In this document: positions 19,701 through 28,651 of the stretch, in pieces
Layout: each line of letters begins with the position of its first letter
How positions within the stretch are numbered: position 1 is the first letter of the stretch
DNA from: Candidatus Uhrbacteria bacterium
GTDB lineage: Bacteria > Patescibacteriota > Patescibacteriia > JACQRZ01
Length of the DNA stretch: 64,000 nucleotides
Direction of reading: 5' to 3'
Assembly (NCBI GenBank): GCA_016188385.1
Contig: JACPHV010000021.1
Span: 2,649-66,648, forward strand
Program-made: the position numbers and the translations under genes
The notes under the pieces: model-generated
Told to the model about the DNA's origin: nothing
Database searches by the model: none
What the model saw: only the letters and a program-made list of their open reading frames with translations

Positions 19701-21302
19701 ATGAGCATACTTCTGAAACTTACCAAAATACGCTATGCCGGAAAATCAATCGGCAGAGATATACGGGTAGAGATAGAAGCATCCGGATCGTCATTGAAGA
19801 TTGAAAAGCGAATTCCTCACGGTTCTATAACCACATTCAATGATGCGATCGGCATTTTTGATAAAGCGGAGACACGATTTGAAGCGGACGTTAAAATTAA
19901 AATAACCGAGACGGATCTCATCTTTAGCGACACGGGAGAAAAAATCGCGCGTCTTTTCGTTGATGACACACACGTTCTTCCAAAATCTTTTCAATACACT
20001 GTCTCGATACAAGAAAGAAGGATGGTATTTTGGAAAGTAACTGCTGTCTTTACAGTTACTCTTGAAGCATCTCTTGTTGATGAAAAGCATACAATAGAAA
20101 TAAAAAAGTATCGTTCATACGGCAAGGAAGATTATAACCATTACGATGCGATTTTCTCTGAAGTGGTTAACTATTGGAACAATGAATTTTTGAACGACAC
20201 CAATCCACCGACGGAATTACTTGATCCAAACCTCATTAAAGCAATCGCGTTTCAGGAAACTCGAATTGGGCATGATCCAAAAAACAACGGCCTCGTTGAC
20301 ATTATGCAGGTTGGAAACCCCTCTGACCCGGCGCTCAAAACACTCCGTGGAGAATTACCGGAGTACTGGATACATCATGAGATGCAAATTCCATTGCGCT
20401 ATAATGCAAAAATCGAATCTGTGCGAGAAAGTATTCATTGGGGTGTTCGCTGGCTCTACCATAAATCACAAGGTATTACTTCCGACAATCGGCGCACTTG
20501 GCGCGGATGGCGTAATGCAGTACACCGATACGGGCCTGGAAAACAAAGCTATACAGAAGATGTTTGGCGCATCTATACCAAGGGGACTAAAAAGGAAAAA
20601 AATGGAACTATCATCATATTGTGGACACTTACGATACTTCTTCTTATTCTTGCCCTTTCCCTTATACGACAGAATACGACTGATGTTGCGCATGCTGCCG
20701 TCCTGAAAACATTTCACACAAGCGCATGGCCGGCTGATGATGTTATTGTCCAGTTCTCAAAAAAGGATAGCGCTCTTTTTTGGTCAATCCTTGAAGTAGA
20801 AGAAGATTGGTCAGAAGATTTCCATGTTGGTCGCTTGAATGGAAGAGAAGTCACATGGCTCTCGAACGCTCATCCCCCCAGCGAACAATCAATTCTCTCT
20901 GCGCGATTTATTTCGCTTAATGGTTTTTCGGGATCTGTCATTGAAGTGTACGGCGAAACACACCAAGGGCACGGAAACCTTTATCTCTATCGTGTTGAAG
21001 GAAACACAGTACATTTATTCTTTCAAACGGAGGCGGTTGATTCATACAACGAACATATCTGGCGTCCCAGTGGCTATCCGGAATATGGATTCCATTCTTG
21101 CGGCGAACGCTATAACGGGGGAAAGCTTCGGGCTCATTACCGCGATCTGAATGGCGACGGTATTGACGATATGCTCTTGAACGGAAGTGTGGAAGTGTTC
21201 TGTGAAGATATTGTGCGCAACATGCCGTTTGAATCACATATAATAAAGGTGGCCGAGAGACCTGTTCATCGAATATATGATCTCATCCAAGCGGCAAAGT
21301 AA
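19701..21302 (+). CDS. Hypothetical membrane protein with a lysozyme-like (SLT) domain
   Basis: LDPNLIKAIAFQET..DIMQV resembles the SLT catalytic helix; central TM; C-terminal DLNGDGIDD Ca-binding-like motif. Confidence 0.6.
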   Translation: MSILLKLTKIRYAGKSIGRDIRVEIEASGSSLKIEKRIPHGSITTFNDAIGIFDKAETRFEADVKIKITETDLIFSDTGEKIARLFVDDTHVLPKSFQYTVSIQERRMVFWKVTAVFTVTLEASLVDEKHTIEIKKYRSYGKEDYNHYDAIFSEVVNYWNNEFLNDTNPPTELLDPNLIKAIAFQETRIGHDPKNNGLVDIMQVGNPSDPALKTLRGELPEYWIHHEMQIPLRYNAKIESVRESIHWGVRWLYHKSQGITSDNRRTWRGWRNAVHRYGPGKQSYTEDVWRIYTKGTKKEKNGTIIILWTLTILLLILALSLIRQNTTDVAHAAVLKTFHTSAWPADDVIVQFSKKDSALFWSILEVEEDWSEDFHVGRLNGREVTWLSNAHPPSEQSILSARFISLNGFSGSVIEVYGETHQGHGNLYLYRVEGNTVHLFFQTEAVDSYNEHIWRPSGYPEYGFHSCGERYNGGKLRAHYRDLNGDGIDDMLLNGSVEVFCEDIVRNMPFESHIIKVAERPVHRIYDLIQAAK

Positions 21303-21410
21303 CTGTATATTCTTATGAAAGAAAAAATGTCAACGTTTACAAAAAAATCAAAATCTTTCGTGATCAGCCCGCGATCAGTTCCATGGAACAGTGAAAGATC
21401 AATAAACCCT

Positions 21411-22394
21411 ATGCACAAACCCTATCACAACACACTTAATTCCCATCTCTTCTCTAAAGATGTCGAGCAGATCCCGACGCGCAATGGCTACGGCGACGGA
21501 TTACTTATGCTCGGCGAATCACAACCGGATGTTGTTGTGTTAACCGGAGACCTTGCAGAATCAACGCGCGTTCTTGAGTTTGGAAAAAAATATCCCGAAC
21601 GTTTTGTAGAATGCGGTGTTGCAGAACAAAACATGGCGGGTATTGCCGCGGGACTCGCGCTTGCGGGCAAGATTCCCTTTATTTCAAGTTATGCCGTGTT
21701 TTCTCCCGGAAGGAACTGGGATCAAATTCGTGTCAGCACCTGTCTCAATAACGCGAATGTAAAAATCGTCGGCGCGCATGCGGGCATCTCTGTCGGTCCC
21801 GATGGCGCGACTCATCAGGCGCTTGAAGATATTGCCATCATGCGTGTGCTCCCTCGCATGGTCGTTGTCGTACCCTGCGATTATCAAGAAACAATGAAGG
21901 CAACATATGCTGCGGCGACATGGGTTGGACCTTTTTATTTCCGGTTTGCTCGGGAAAAGACACCGTGTATCACAACGCTAAAAACACCGTTCAAAGTCGG
22001 GCGCGCAGAAATTTTCAGAAAGGGAACACACGTGAGTATTATTGCCTGCGGTCCCCTTGTGTACCAATCTCTTGTCGCGGCAGAGGAGCTCAAAAAAATC
22101 GGCATTGACTGCGAGGTCATCAATAATCACACCATTAAGCCGCTCGATGAAAAAACATTGCTTGCGTCGGTTCGCAAAACAAAAGCTGTCGTCACCGTTG
22201 AGGAACATCAAATCATGGCGGGTGCGGGTAGCGCTCTATGCGAGCTTTTTTCAAAAAAATATCCAGTGCCCGTTGAAATGGTAGGTATGAACGATTCCTA
22301 CGGCGAATCAGGAAAGCCATCCGAACTTCTTGAAAAATACGGCATGTCCGTAAAAGCGATCATCAGGGCTATAAAAAAAGTTTTGAAGAGATGA
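21411..22394 (+). CDS. Transketolase, C-terminal subunit
   Basis: GVAEQNM, GPDGATHQALED, VEEHQ. Start uncertain (21315 or 21411). Confidence 0.95.
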   Translation: MHKPYHNTLNSHLFSKDVEQIPTRNGYGDGLLMLGESQPDVVVLTGDLAESTRVLEFGKKYPERFVECGVAEQNMAGIAAGLALAGKIPFISSYAVFSPGRNWDQIRVSTCLNNANVKIVGAHAGISVGPDGATHQALEDIAIMRVLPRMVVVVPCDYQETMKATYAAATWVGPFYFRFAREKTPCITTLKTPFKVGRAEIFRKGTHVSIIACGPLVYQSLVAAEELKKIGIDCEVINNHTIKPLDEKTLLASVRKTKAVVTVEEHQIMAGAGSALCELFSKKYPVPVEMVGMNDSYGESGKPSELLEKYGMSVKAIIRAIKKVLKR

Positions 22395-22756
22395 GATTAC
22401 CTATGGCAACCCCAACCATCACTCCATTTTCGAGAGACGAAATCGCCCCATATATTATTGATAGAGCATGTTGTGCTCCATCTCCATCCCTTCCATCAGC
22501 GACCATTCAAATGTTCGCTCTTTTTATCTTTCTCTTTTCCTTATTTCTTTTTGTTTTTTTTCTGGGCGTTTGGAATGCTCGTCTTCGCTTGAAAAAAAAG
22601 GAAATGGATTCGCAAACTCGCAAAACGACAGAAAAGGCACTAATGAAAAGACAAAAAATTCTTTTAATCCTTTTCATTTTTTTTATGCTTCTTGCCATTG
22701 GTATCTTCGACCAATCATCATTCTTGTCGGAAATGATAGTATACGGCTTTGATTAG
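22391..22756 (+). CDS. Small hypothetical membrane protein (2 TM)
   Basis: Two hydrophobic segments with a basic linker; ATGA overlap with the tkt C-subunit gene. Confidence 0.5.
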   Translation: MRLPMATPTITPFSRDEIAPYIIDRACCAPSPSLPSATIQMFALFIFLFSLFLFVFFLGVWNARLRLKKKEMDSQTRKTTEKALMKRQKILLILFIFFMLLAIGIFDQSSFLSEMIVYGFD

Positions 22757-22773
22757 TTATAACTTACTATTGT

Positions 22774-23601
22774 ATGACTCTATGCTCTATGAATAGTATA
22801 CGTACAATTATTCTTTTAATCGCTCTATTGATGATGGCAAGTCCTTCATATGCCGCAACGCTCAAGGAAAAGCTTGCCGGTCGTATCTTGCTTCAAGTCG
22901 AGGAGAAAGGAAAGGCATGGTATGTTGAGCCACAGACAAAACAACGCGCCTACTTAGGTCGTCCCGCAGACGCGTTTCGAATCATGCGCGAATTAAGCTT
23001 GGGTATTACGGACGCTAATCTCGGACGCCTCAAAGAAGATACACCGTTTGCGTGCAAAAACGCAGGCAAAATTTTTCTGCAAGTCCAGCAAAAAGGCGAA
23101 GCGTGGTATGTTTTTCCGCCGGATTGCAGCGTCCACTATCTCGGACGCCCCAGCGACGCGTTTTCACTTATGCGAACCAAAGGCCTTGGCATCTCAAATG
23201 ATGACATCGCAACCATTCCAGCTTCGGTAAAATATACGAGCGACCAACAGTCACGTATCGTCAACAAAGAAACATCAGTCGAGAACATCGAAACGAAAAA
23301 GATCGTAGCTGATGAAATATCAAGTAATGAACATGCAATTGAAAAAATCGAAGAAGAAGTCGTCAAAAAAGAAACGGCAGTGGAGGATACATCAAGCGCA
23401 AATCAAGAAACTGATTTGACGAAAAAGAAAGCGAAGGAATTATTAAAAAAGATTGAGCATATCACCATCACACCTATAGAGCCGATCAAGCTTGACATAA
23501 AGCTCAAATCGCCGGATTCAGTATACATACCGCCGATCTCTTCGCCGGAGTTGCGAGCCGATCCGCTACTCCCGTATTACGACAGCCTTTCTTCATTCTA
23601 A
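22774..23601 (+). CDS. Secreted protein with two ~65-aa internal repeats
   Basis: Signal peptide; AGRILLQVEEKGKAWYV..YLGRPADAF and AGKIFLQVQQKGEAWYV..YLGRPSDAF. Confidence 0.75.
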   Translation: MTLCSMNSIRTIILLIALLMMASPSYAATLKEKLAGRILLQVEEKGKAWYVEPQTKQRAYLGRPADAFRIMRELSLGITDANLGRLKEDTPFACKNAGKIFLQVQQKGEAWYVFPPDCSVHYLGRPSDAFSLMRTKGLGISNDDIATIPASVKYTSDQQSRIVNKETSVENIETKKIVADEISSNEHAIEKIEEEVVKKETAVEDTSSANQETDLTKKKAKELLKKIEHITITPIEPIKLDIKLKSPDSVYIPPISSPELRADPLLPYYDSLSSF

Positions 23602-23659
23602 TAAGTTTGCTTTTCTCCATTGTTCTTTCGTTTTATTTTGTTATACTTGCACTCATTGT

Positions 23660-23741
23660 GCCCGGGTGGCGTAATTGGCAGCCGCAACTGACTTAAGATC
23701 AGTCGCCGTAAGGCGTGCGGGTTCGAGTCCCGCCCCGGGCA
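23660..23741 (+). tRNA. tRNA-Leu(TAA), CCA not encoded
   Basis: GCCCGGG/CCCGGGC acceptor stem, ACTGA-CTTAAGA-TCAGT anticodon arm, long variable arm, GGTTCGAGTCC T-arm. Confidence 0.97.
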
Positions 23742-23912
23742 ATTTTGAACAGAGTGAAAAATTGAACGGGGAGCAACAGAACTTCTTCTGTTGCGTCGGG
23801 ACGAGAACGCCGGAGCGATGTTCGGTCAGCAGACCGAACCGCGAGGCGGTGGCTAGACCGAGGCGAGTGACGGCGAGCCGAGAGTCGAAGCCGAGTCCCG
23901 CCGGGGGCAATT
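23742..23912 (+). other. Structured element ending in a duplicated tRNA 3' end
   Basis: 23892-23912 repeats 23724-23744 (19/21 identical); perfect stems 23773-23794 and 23820-23839. Confidence 0.7.
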
Positions 23913-23974
23913 GCATAATAAAAATTCACTTACTGCATGATGGCTATTGGTTTCTAGCCTTTTGGCTCTTTTGG

Positions 23975-24054
23975 CTTGATATTTTGAAAGAACGATACGC
24001 AAAAGGCGAGATCGATAAAAAGAGTTTGAGGCAAAAAAAATAGATTTGAGCTAG
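23975..24054 (+). pseudogene. SHOCT-domain gene remnant
   Basis: LDILKERYAKGEIDK; adding one A in the A-run continues KEFEAKKIDLS*, a typical SHOCT ending. Confidence 0.65.
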
Positions 24055-24062
24055 AGGATGTT

Positions 24063-24680
24063 ATGAAAATCATTGACCTCACCCACAATTTTACAAAAAC
24101 AATGCCGGCCTTTCCTGGAGATGACCCACCCCTGCTGATAGAAGAACGAGATGACGATAATAAGATTGTCCATTATCGTATCGAGACAGGCATGCATATT
24201 GGAACGCATATGGACGGCCCGTTGCATATGGTCCCGAATGGACGGATGTTATCGGAAATCGATGTATCTGCGTTTATCGCCGCCGGGCATCTTATCGACG
24301 CTCGGAAAAAAGCGAGACTTGACGCATCCTTGATTGCAGATATCGATATCTCCCCCCGAGATTGCGTATTATTCTATACCGGATGGGATGAACGATTCGA
24401 CTCGCCTGATTTTTATACAAGCTACCCCGTCATGACAGAGAAGCTTGCTCATGCGTTAACGGCTAAAAAAATTTCTTTTATCGGCATTGATACCCCAAGC
24501 CCTGACAGAGCTCCCTATGCCATTCACAGAATACTGCTCAAAGAGGAAATCCTCATTATCGAATGTATGAATAATCTTTCATATCTGCTTACCATCAATC
24601 GCTTTGAAGTAATCGCTCTTCCTGCAAAATTCGAGGCGGAAGCAGCCCCTGTGCGAGTCATTGCTCGGATAGAAGAATGA
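24063..24680 (+). CDS. Cyclase family (kynurenine formamidase-like) protein
   Basis: IIDLT, FPGD, HIGTHMDGPLH, GIDTPSPD, IIE. Confidence 0.92.
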   Translation: MKIIDLTHNFTKTMPAFPGDDPPLLIEERDDDNKIVHYRIETGMHIGTHMDGPLHMVPNGRMLSEIDVSAFIAAGHLIDARKKARLDASLIADIDISPRDCVLFYTGWDERFDSPDFYTSYPVMTEKLAHALTAKKISFIGIDTPSPDRAPYAIHRILLKEEILIIECMNNLSYLLTINRFEVIALPAKFEAEAAPVRVIARIEE

Positions 24681-24715
24681 AGAAGTAAAGTGATCTCTGG
24701 AAAAGAGCGAGCTTG

Positions 24716-25414
24716 TCATGTTCGCAATACTACCTCTTCGCAATACGGAGTAAAGATATTTTTGATGCCTTCCATTTCTTCCGGACTGAATGAATGATAA
24801 GACTCAAAACGGGGATCGAGCGTTGTCTGGTTTCGGAATTGCTGAAGATATACCTTTCTAGCGCCATGCATCATCCGCGCCATTTGACTTAAGATCGACG
24901 GCGTATGGATCTCTCGAACGAGTGTGCAGCGAAATTCGTATGCCACGCAGCTATCACGAAGGATACCAATTGTTTTTTCTATCGCAGGCACCGTCCTGCC
25001 AACAAGTGTCTGGTATTGATGTATGCCCGTCTTTACATCCATCGCGATATAGTCAAGCAGCTGGTCTTTGATGAGCTTTTGCAGCATTTCCGGATGAGAT
25101 CCATTGGTGTCGAGCTTTACAAAAAAACCATTTTTCTTTATGCGCGCGATGAACTCCGGCAGATCTTTATGAATCGTCGGCTCTCCTCCCGACACGACCA
25201 CGCCCTCCAACAGATTTCTTCTCATTGAAAGAAAACGAAAAAATGTTTCCTCTGATATCACGGATTTCCGCAATTCTTGCACTTTTTGCGGCAGTACGAA
25301 TTCGGGATTGTGGCAATAGCCGCATCTGAAATTACATCCGAGCGTGAATACGATACACGCGATCCTATCGGGAAAATCGAGGATCGTAAAAGGCTGTATG
25401 CCGCTGATCAACAT
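24716..25414 (-). CDS. nrdG: Anaerobic ribonucleotide reductase activating radical SAM enzyme
   Basis: GCNFRCGYCHNP, SGGEPT, KLDTNG; downstream of nrdD. Confidence 0.92.
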   Translation of the reverse strand: MLISGIQPFTILDFPDRIACIVFTLGCNFRCGYCHNPEFVLPQKVQELRKSVISEETFFRFLSMRRNLLEGVVVSGGEPTIHKDLPEFIARIKKNGFFVKLDTNGSHPEMLQKLIKDQLLDYIAMDVKTGIHQYQTLVGRTVPAIEKTIGILRDSCVAYEFRCTLVREIHTPSILSQMARMMHGARKVYLQQFRNQTTLDPRFESYHSFSPEEMEGIKNIFTPYCEEVVLRT

Positions 25415-25599
25415 GCGGCGGGGGAATATTTTTTCGTAAACGAAGAATTAGCGGCGACACACTCTTCAAAATGCTTGCGGGAATAGTGCTCCGCCTTCTT
25501 TCCTATATTAAATTGCGATACGGGACGGTGATATCCCATCACTCGCGTCCATATCTCGCAGCGTGTCCGTCCGCTATCTTGGGTGTTCGGAGGATTCAT
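25408..25599 (-). CDS. Stand-alone NrdD glycyl-radical domain peptide (63 aa)
   Basis: CEIWTRVMGYHRPVSQFNIGKKAEH is the canonical NrdD C-terminal motif; start MNPPNT at 25599. Confidence 0.88.
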   Translation of the reverse strand: MNPPNTQDSGRTRCEIWTRVMGYHRPVSQFNIGKKAEHYSRKHFEECVAANSSFTKKYSPAAC

Positions 25600-27772
25600 A
25601 TGTGTTATCTTTGCTATGAATGAGTATAGATTCATCGTCGATTGAAGATTGACTACGTAGAGCCGCTGTATCACTTACGAAATGTTCGCGATATCCGCGG
25701 TCAAACCGCGCTTTGCCACTCACGCCATTCATGTCATCGCAACGAGGGCAGTAATCATGCTCGCCGGCAAGGTAGCCGTGGACGGGACAGATAGAAAATG
25801 TGGGAGTGATTGTAATGTAAGGCAGCCGAAAACGAGAAAGAATTTTGCGTACCAATTCGCGACACATCTGTGGAGAACTGATTCGCTCCGTCATATAACA
25901 ATGCAGCACCGTGCCGCCAGTATACTTTGTCTGAAGTTCATCCTGGAGCTGCAACGCTTCAAATACATCATCGGTGTGTTCGACTGGGATCTGCGAAGAG
26001 TTTGTATAGTATGGAGCCAATTTGGTTCCCGCATGAATAATATCGCCAAATCTCCGCTGGTCCTCCCGAGCAAAGCGATATGTTGCCGACTCCGCAGGTG
26101 TTGCCTCGAGATTATACAGATTACCTGTTTCTTCCTGAAACTGCTTGAGCTTGCTACGCATGAAATCAAGTGTCTCGGATGCAAACTGCTGTCCGGCCGG
26201 AGCTGTGATATCTTCCTGCCCGCTTGTAAAATTTCGTACCGCCTCGTTCACGCCGTTAATTCCGATTGTTGAAAAGTGATTATTCAGATGTCCGAGATAC
26301 CTTTTGGTAAATGGGAACAATCCTCGATCGAGCCATTTCTGTATTTCTTTCCTTTTAATCTCCAGCGAAGTTTTTGCAAGATTCATGAGGTGTTCGACGC
26401 GTGCAAGAAATGCCTCCTTGTCTCCTTTGTGCATGTATCCGATGCGAGCGGCATTAATCGTCACGACTCCGATCGATCCTGTCATCTCCGCGGAACCGAA
26501 TAAACCGCCGCCGCGTTTACGCAGCTCGGTAAGATCAAGCTGGAGTCGACAGCACATGGAGCGCACATCGCCGGGATTCAAGTCTGAATTGATAAAATTT
26601 TGAAAATAAGGCATGCCGAATTTCGACGTCATCTCAAACAGAGGGATGTTCTTCGCGTCGTCCCATTTGAAATCCTTACCGATGTTATAAGTCGGGATCG
26701 GAAACGTAAACACTCTGCTTTTCGCATCGCCTGATGTCATTACCTCGATAAAAGCTCGATTGATAATATCCATCTGCGGCTGAAGTTCGCCAAACGATGA
26801 GGGAAATAATGTGCCTCCGAGCAATAGCTGCTGATCCGCGAGATCTTTCGGGCAATTCCAGTCTAATGTGATATTCGTAAACGGTGTTTGCGTGCCCCAG
26901 CGAGAAGGGATGTTCAGATTAAAAACAAACGACTGTATATTCTGATACACATAGCCGTATACTCTTTGAGCGATGTAATCTTCACGAGTATCGAGAGACG
27001 GAAACTCCATCCCCCACTGCGCAATCGATGCCCGAACTTCATTTTCGTACTTTTTTACAAACGGCGCGAGATAGGTGTCAAAGCTCGAAAATGCCTGGGC
27101 GCCGGCCCATTCGTTTTGAAGAGTCCCTAAAAAATTTACCATCTGCGCGACGGCGGAACTCAAGTGCTTCGGGGGGCCGGATTCTATTTTATTCGAAATT
27201 CCATTAAATCCTTCTTCAAGCAATGCCCGCAGACTCCATCCGGCGCAATATCCGGAAAACATGTCCAAGTCATGAATGTGGAAATCGGCGTTGCGGTGCG
27301 CGTCGCCGACAGATTTGGGATAGACATGCGAAAGCCAATAGTTTGCCACGACCTTACCTGCCGTATTCAAAATGAGACCGCCAAGTGAGTATCCCTGATT
27401 GGAATTGGCATTCACGCGCCAATCAACTTCATTCAGATATTCGGTAATGGTTCTTTCCACCTCGACGACTACATTTCTTCCTTCTCTTGCCGTGCGCCGC
27501 CGCTCACGGTACAAAATGTAAGCTTTCGCTATTTCTGTATATCCCCTATCCATGAGCACGCGCTCCACGATGTCTTGCACATTCTCGACTGTCGGTATAT
27601 CGTCAATGTAATCCGTATCGAGCCGATCAATTACTTTACCGGCTAGCGCATCGCATTCTTCAACCTCGTTTTTTCCTACAGCGATAATCGCTTTCTTGAT
27701 CGCGCTTTGTATCTTCCGAACATCAAAATCCTGAATGCTTCCGTTGCGTTTTTGTATTTTATAGATCGGCAT
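25574..27772 (-). CDS. nrdD: Class III ribonucleoside-triphosphate reductase with ATP-cone, lacking the Gly-radical tail
   Basis: ATP-cone (IQKRNG), HIHDL, YCAG, SMCCRL, EATPAE, YYTNS, CPVHG..CPRC. Start MPIYKI at 27772. Confidence 0.95.
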   Translation of the reverse strand: MPIYKIQKRNGSIQDFDVRKIQSAIKKAIIAVGKNEVEECDALAGKVIDRLDTDYIDDIPTVENVQDIVERVLMDRGYTEIAKAYILYRERRRTAREGRNVVVEVERTITEYLNEVDWRVNANSNQGYSLGGLILNTAGKVVANYWLSHVYPKSVGDAHRNADFHIHDLDMFSGYCAGWSLRALLEEGFNGISNKIESGPPKHLSSAVAQMVNFLGTLQNEWAGAQAFSSFDTYLAPFVKKYENEVRASIAQWGMEFPSLDTREDYIAQRVYGYVYQNIQSFVFNLNIPSRWGTQTPFTNITLDWNCPKDLADQQLLLGGTLFPSSFGELQPQMDIINRAFIEVMTSGDAKSRVFTFPIPTYNIGKDFKWDDAKNIPLFEMTSKFGMPYFQNFINSDLNPGDVRSMCCRLQLDLTELRKRGGGLFGSAEMTGSIGVVTINAARIGYMHKGDKEAFLARVEHLMNLAKTSLEIKRKEIQKWLDRGLFPFTKRYLGHLNNHFSTIGINGVNEAVRNFTSGQEDITAPAGQQFASETLDFMRSKLKQFQEETGNLYNLEATPAESATYRFAREDQRRFGDIIHAGTKLAPYYTNSSQIPVEHTDDVFEALQLQDELQTKYTGGTVLHCYMTERISSPQMCRELVRKILSRFRLPYITITPTFSICPVHGYLAGEHDYCPRCDDMNGVSGKARFDRGYREHFVSDTAALRSQSSIDDESILIHSKDNTYESSEHPR

Positions 27773-27779
27773 AAAATAA

Positions 27780-27814
27780 AAGCTCACGGATAGTGAGCTT
27801 CGATGAGCTTCGAT
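27780..27814 (-). promoter_or_regulatory. Tandem repeat and hairpin in the nrdD leader (candidate Com-like binding site)
   Basis: mRNA reads TCGAAGCTCA-TCGAAGCTCA-CTATCC-GTGAGCTT-TTATTTT-ATG. Confidence 0.6.
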
Positions 27815-27823
27815 AAAAAAATG

Positions 27824-28051
27824 TTATGGTGAAATTTTTTGTTTGGCTGCCACTTTGTTCGGACACGTGTCTGCGATAAGGCAGAGATATCGGGTTGACG
27901 AGACTCCCTGATAGAGATTTACTGCTCCGCACCGCCGGCACTTCACTTCGATCTCGCTATCGACAAGCAGTCCCTTAAACATCAGTTTGCTGCATTCTTT
28001 GCAACGATATTCATTGTAACGGTAATGTGTCGCGGATTGAATCGAGGGCAT
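27824..28051 (-). CDS. Mu Com-like zinc-finger protein
   Basis: EYRCKECSKLMFKG..IEVKCRRCGAVN matches the Com 4-Cys pattern. Confidence 0.8.
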   Translation of the reverse strand: MPSIQSATHYRYNEYRCKECSKLMFKGLLVDSEIEVKCRRCGAVNLYQGVSSTRYLCLIADTCPNKVAAKQKISP

Positions 28052-28105
28052 ATGAATGCTGGATTATTACTCTACCATAGACAAGGTGGCCGGACAACTG
28101 TCTCC

Positions 28106-28114
28106 TGTGGATAA
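28106..28114 (-). promoter_or_regulatory. Perfect DnaA box just upstream of the com-nrdD promoter
   Basis: TTATCCACA on the minus strand, ahead of TTGTCC-17-TAGAGT. Confidence 0.65.
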
Positions 28115-28119
28115 TCATC

Positions 28120-28638
28120 TCATCGCAAGCGATAACGCAGGATCGCCAGTATCATGATGAGTAAAAACGCGGAAAGAGCCATGAGCGGTATGGTAATATA
28201 GCCATAATTCATTACGAAACGCTGTGAACATGCCGCTGAATATCCGATCGCGCCGCATTCTACGCCTCTCACCACGCCGACTTGAAGGAGATAGTGGTAT
28301 CCTGCTATGAGAGCTCCGATACCGGAGAGGATACCGCACGCGCGAGCGATTGCTTCGGTACGCCAGGCGATCGCGAGCGCCATGAGAAAGACTTGCGGAT
28401 ACATAAAAATCCTCTGATACCAACAGAGCTTGCACGGCTCGTATCCTGCAATCTCGGAATAAAAGAGACTGCCGAGCATAGCGATAATCGCGACTAGTAT
28501 CATGCCCTTCATCGCGTGCCGCCCGGCAAATGATATGACTGCTTTATGACGCGCGAGTATCGAAACAGCAAGGAGTATAAAAAATATCTGCGCTAAAATC
28601 GTAAGCAGTGAAAGAATATGTGTAACGAATTCCGTCAT
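28120..28638 (-). CDS. Disulfide bond formation protein DsbB/BdbC family
   Basis: Multiple TMs, YEPCKLCWYQRIFMYP, second Cys pair. Confidence 0.92.
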   Translation of the reverse strand: MTEFVTHILSLLTILAQIFFILLAVSILARHKAVISFAGRHAMKGMILVAIIAMLGSLFYSEIAGYEPCKLCWYQRIFMYPQVFLMALAIAWRTEAIARACGILSGIGALIAGYHYLLQVGVVRGVECGAIGYSAACSQRFVMNYGYITIPLMALSAFLLIMILAILRYRLR

Positions 28639-28651
28639 ACTTCTCGTATCT

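Noticed and set aside
21305-21334. Second antisense promoter (TTGACA-18-TATACA) into the 533-aa gene as another sRNA
   Set aside because: No matching terminator hairpin found; kept only as part of the hotspot motif.
23653-24043. ORF-track ORFs of 76-122 aa over this region
   Set aside because: They run through tRNA-Leu and the structured element; only the SHOCT-like tail looks protein-derived.
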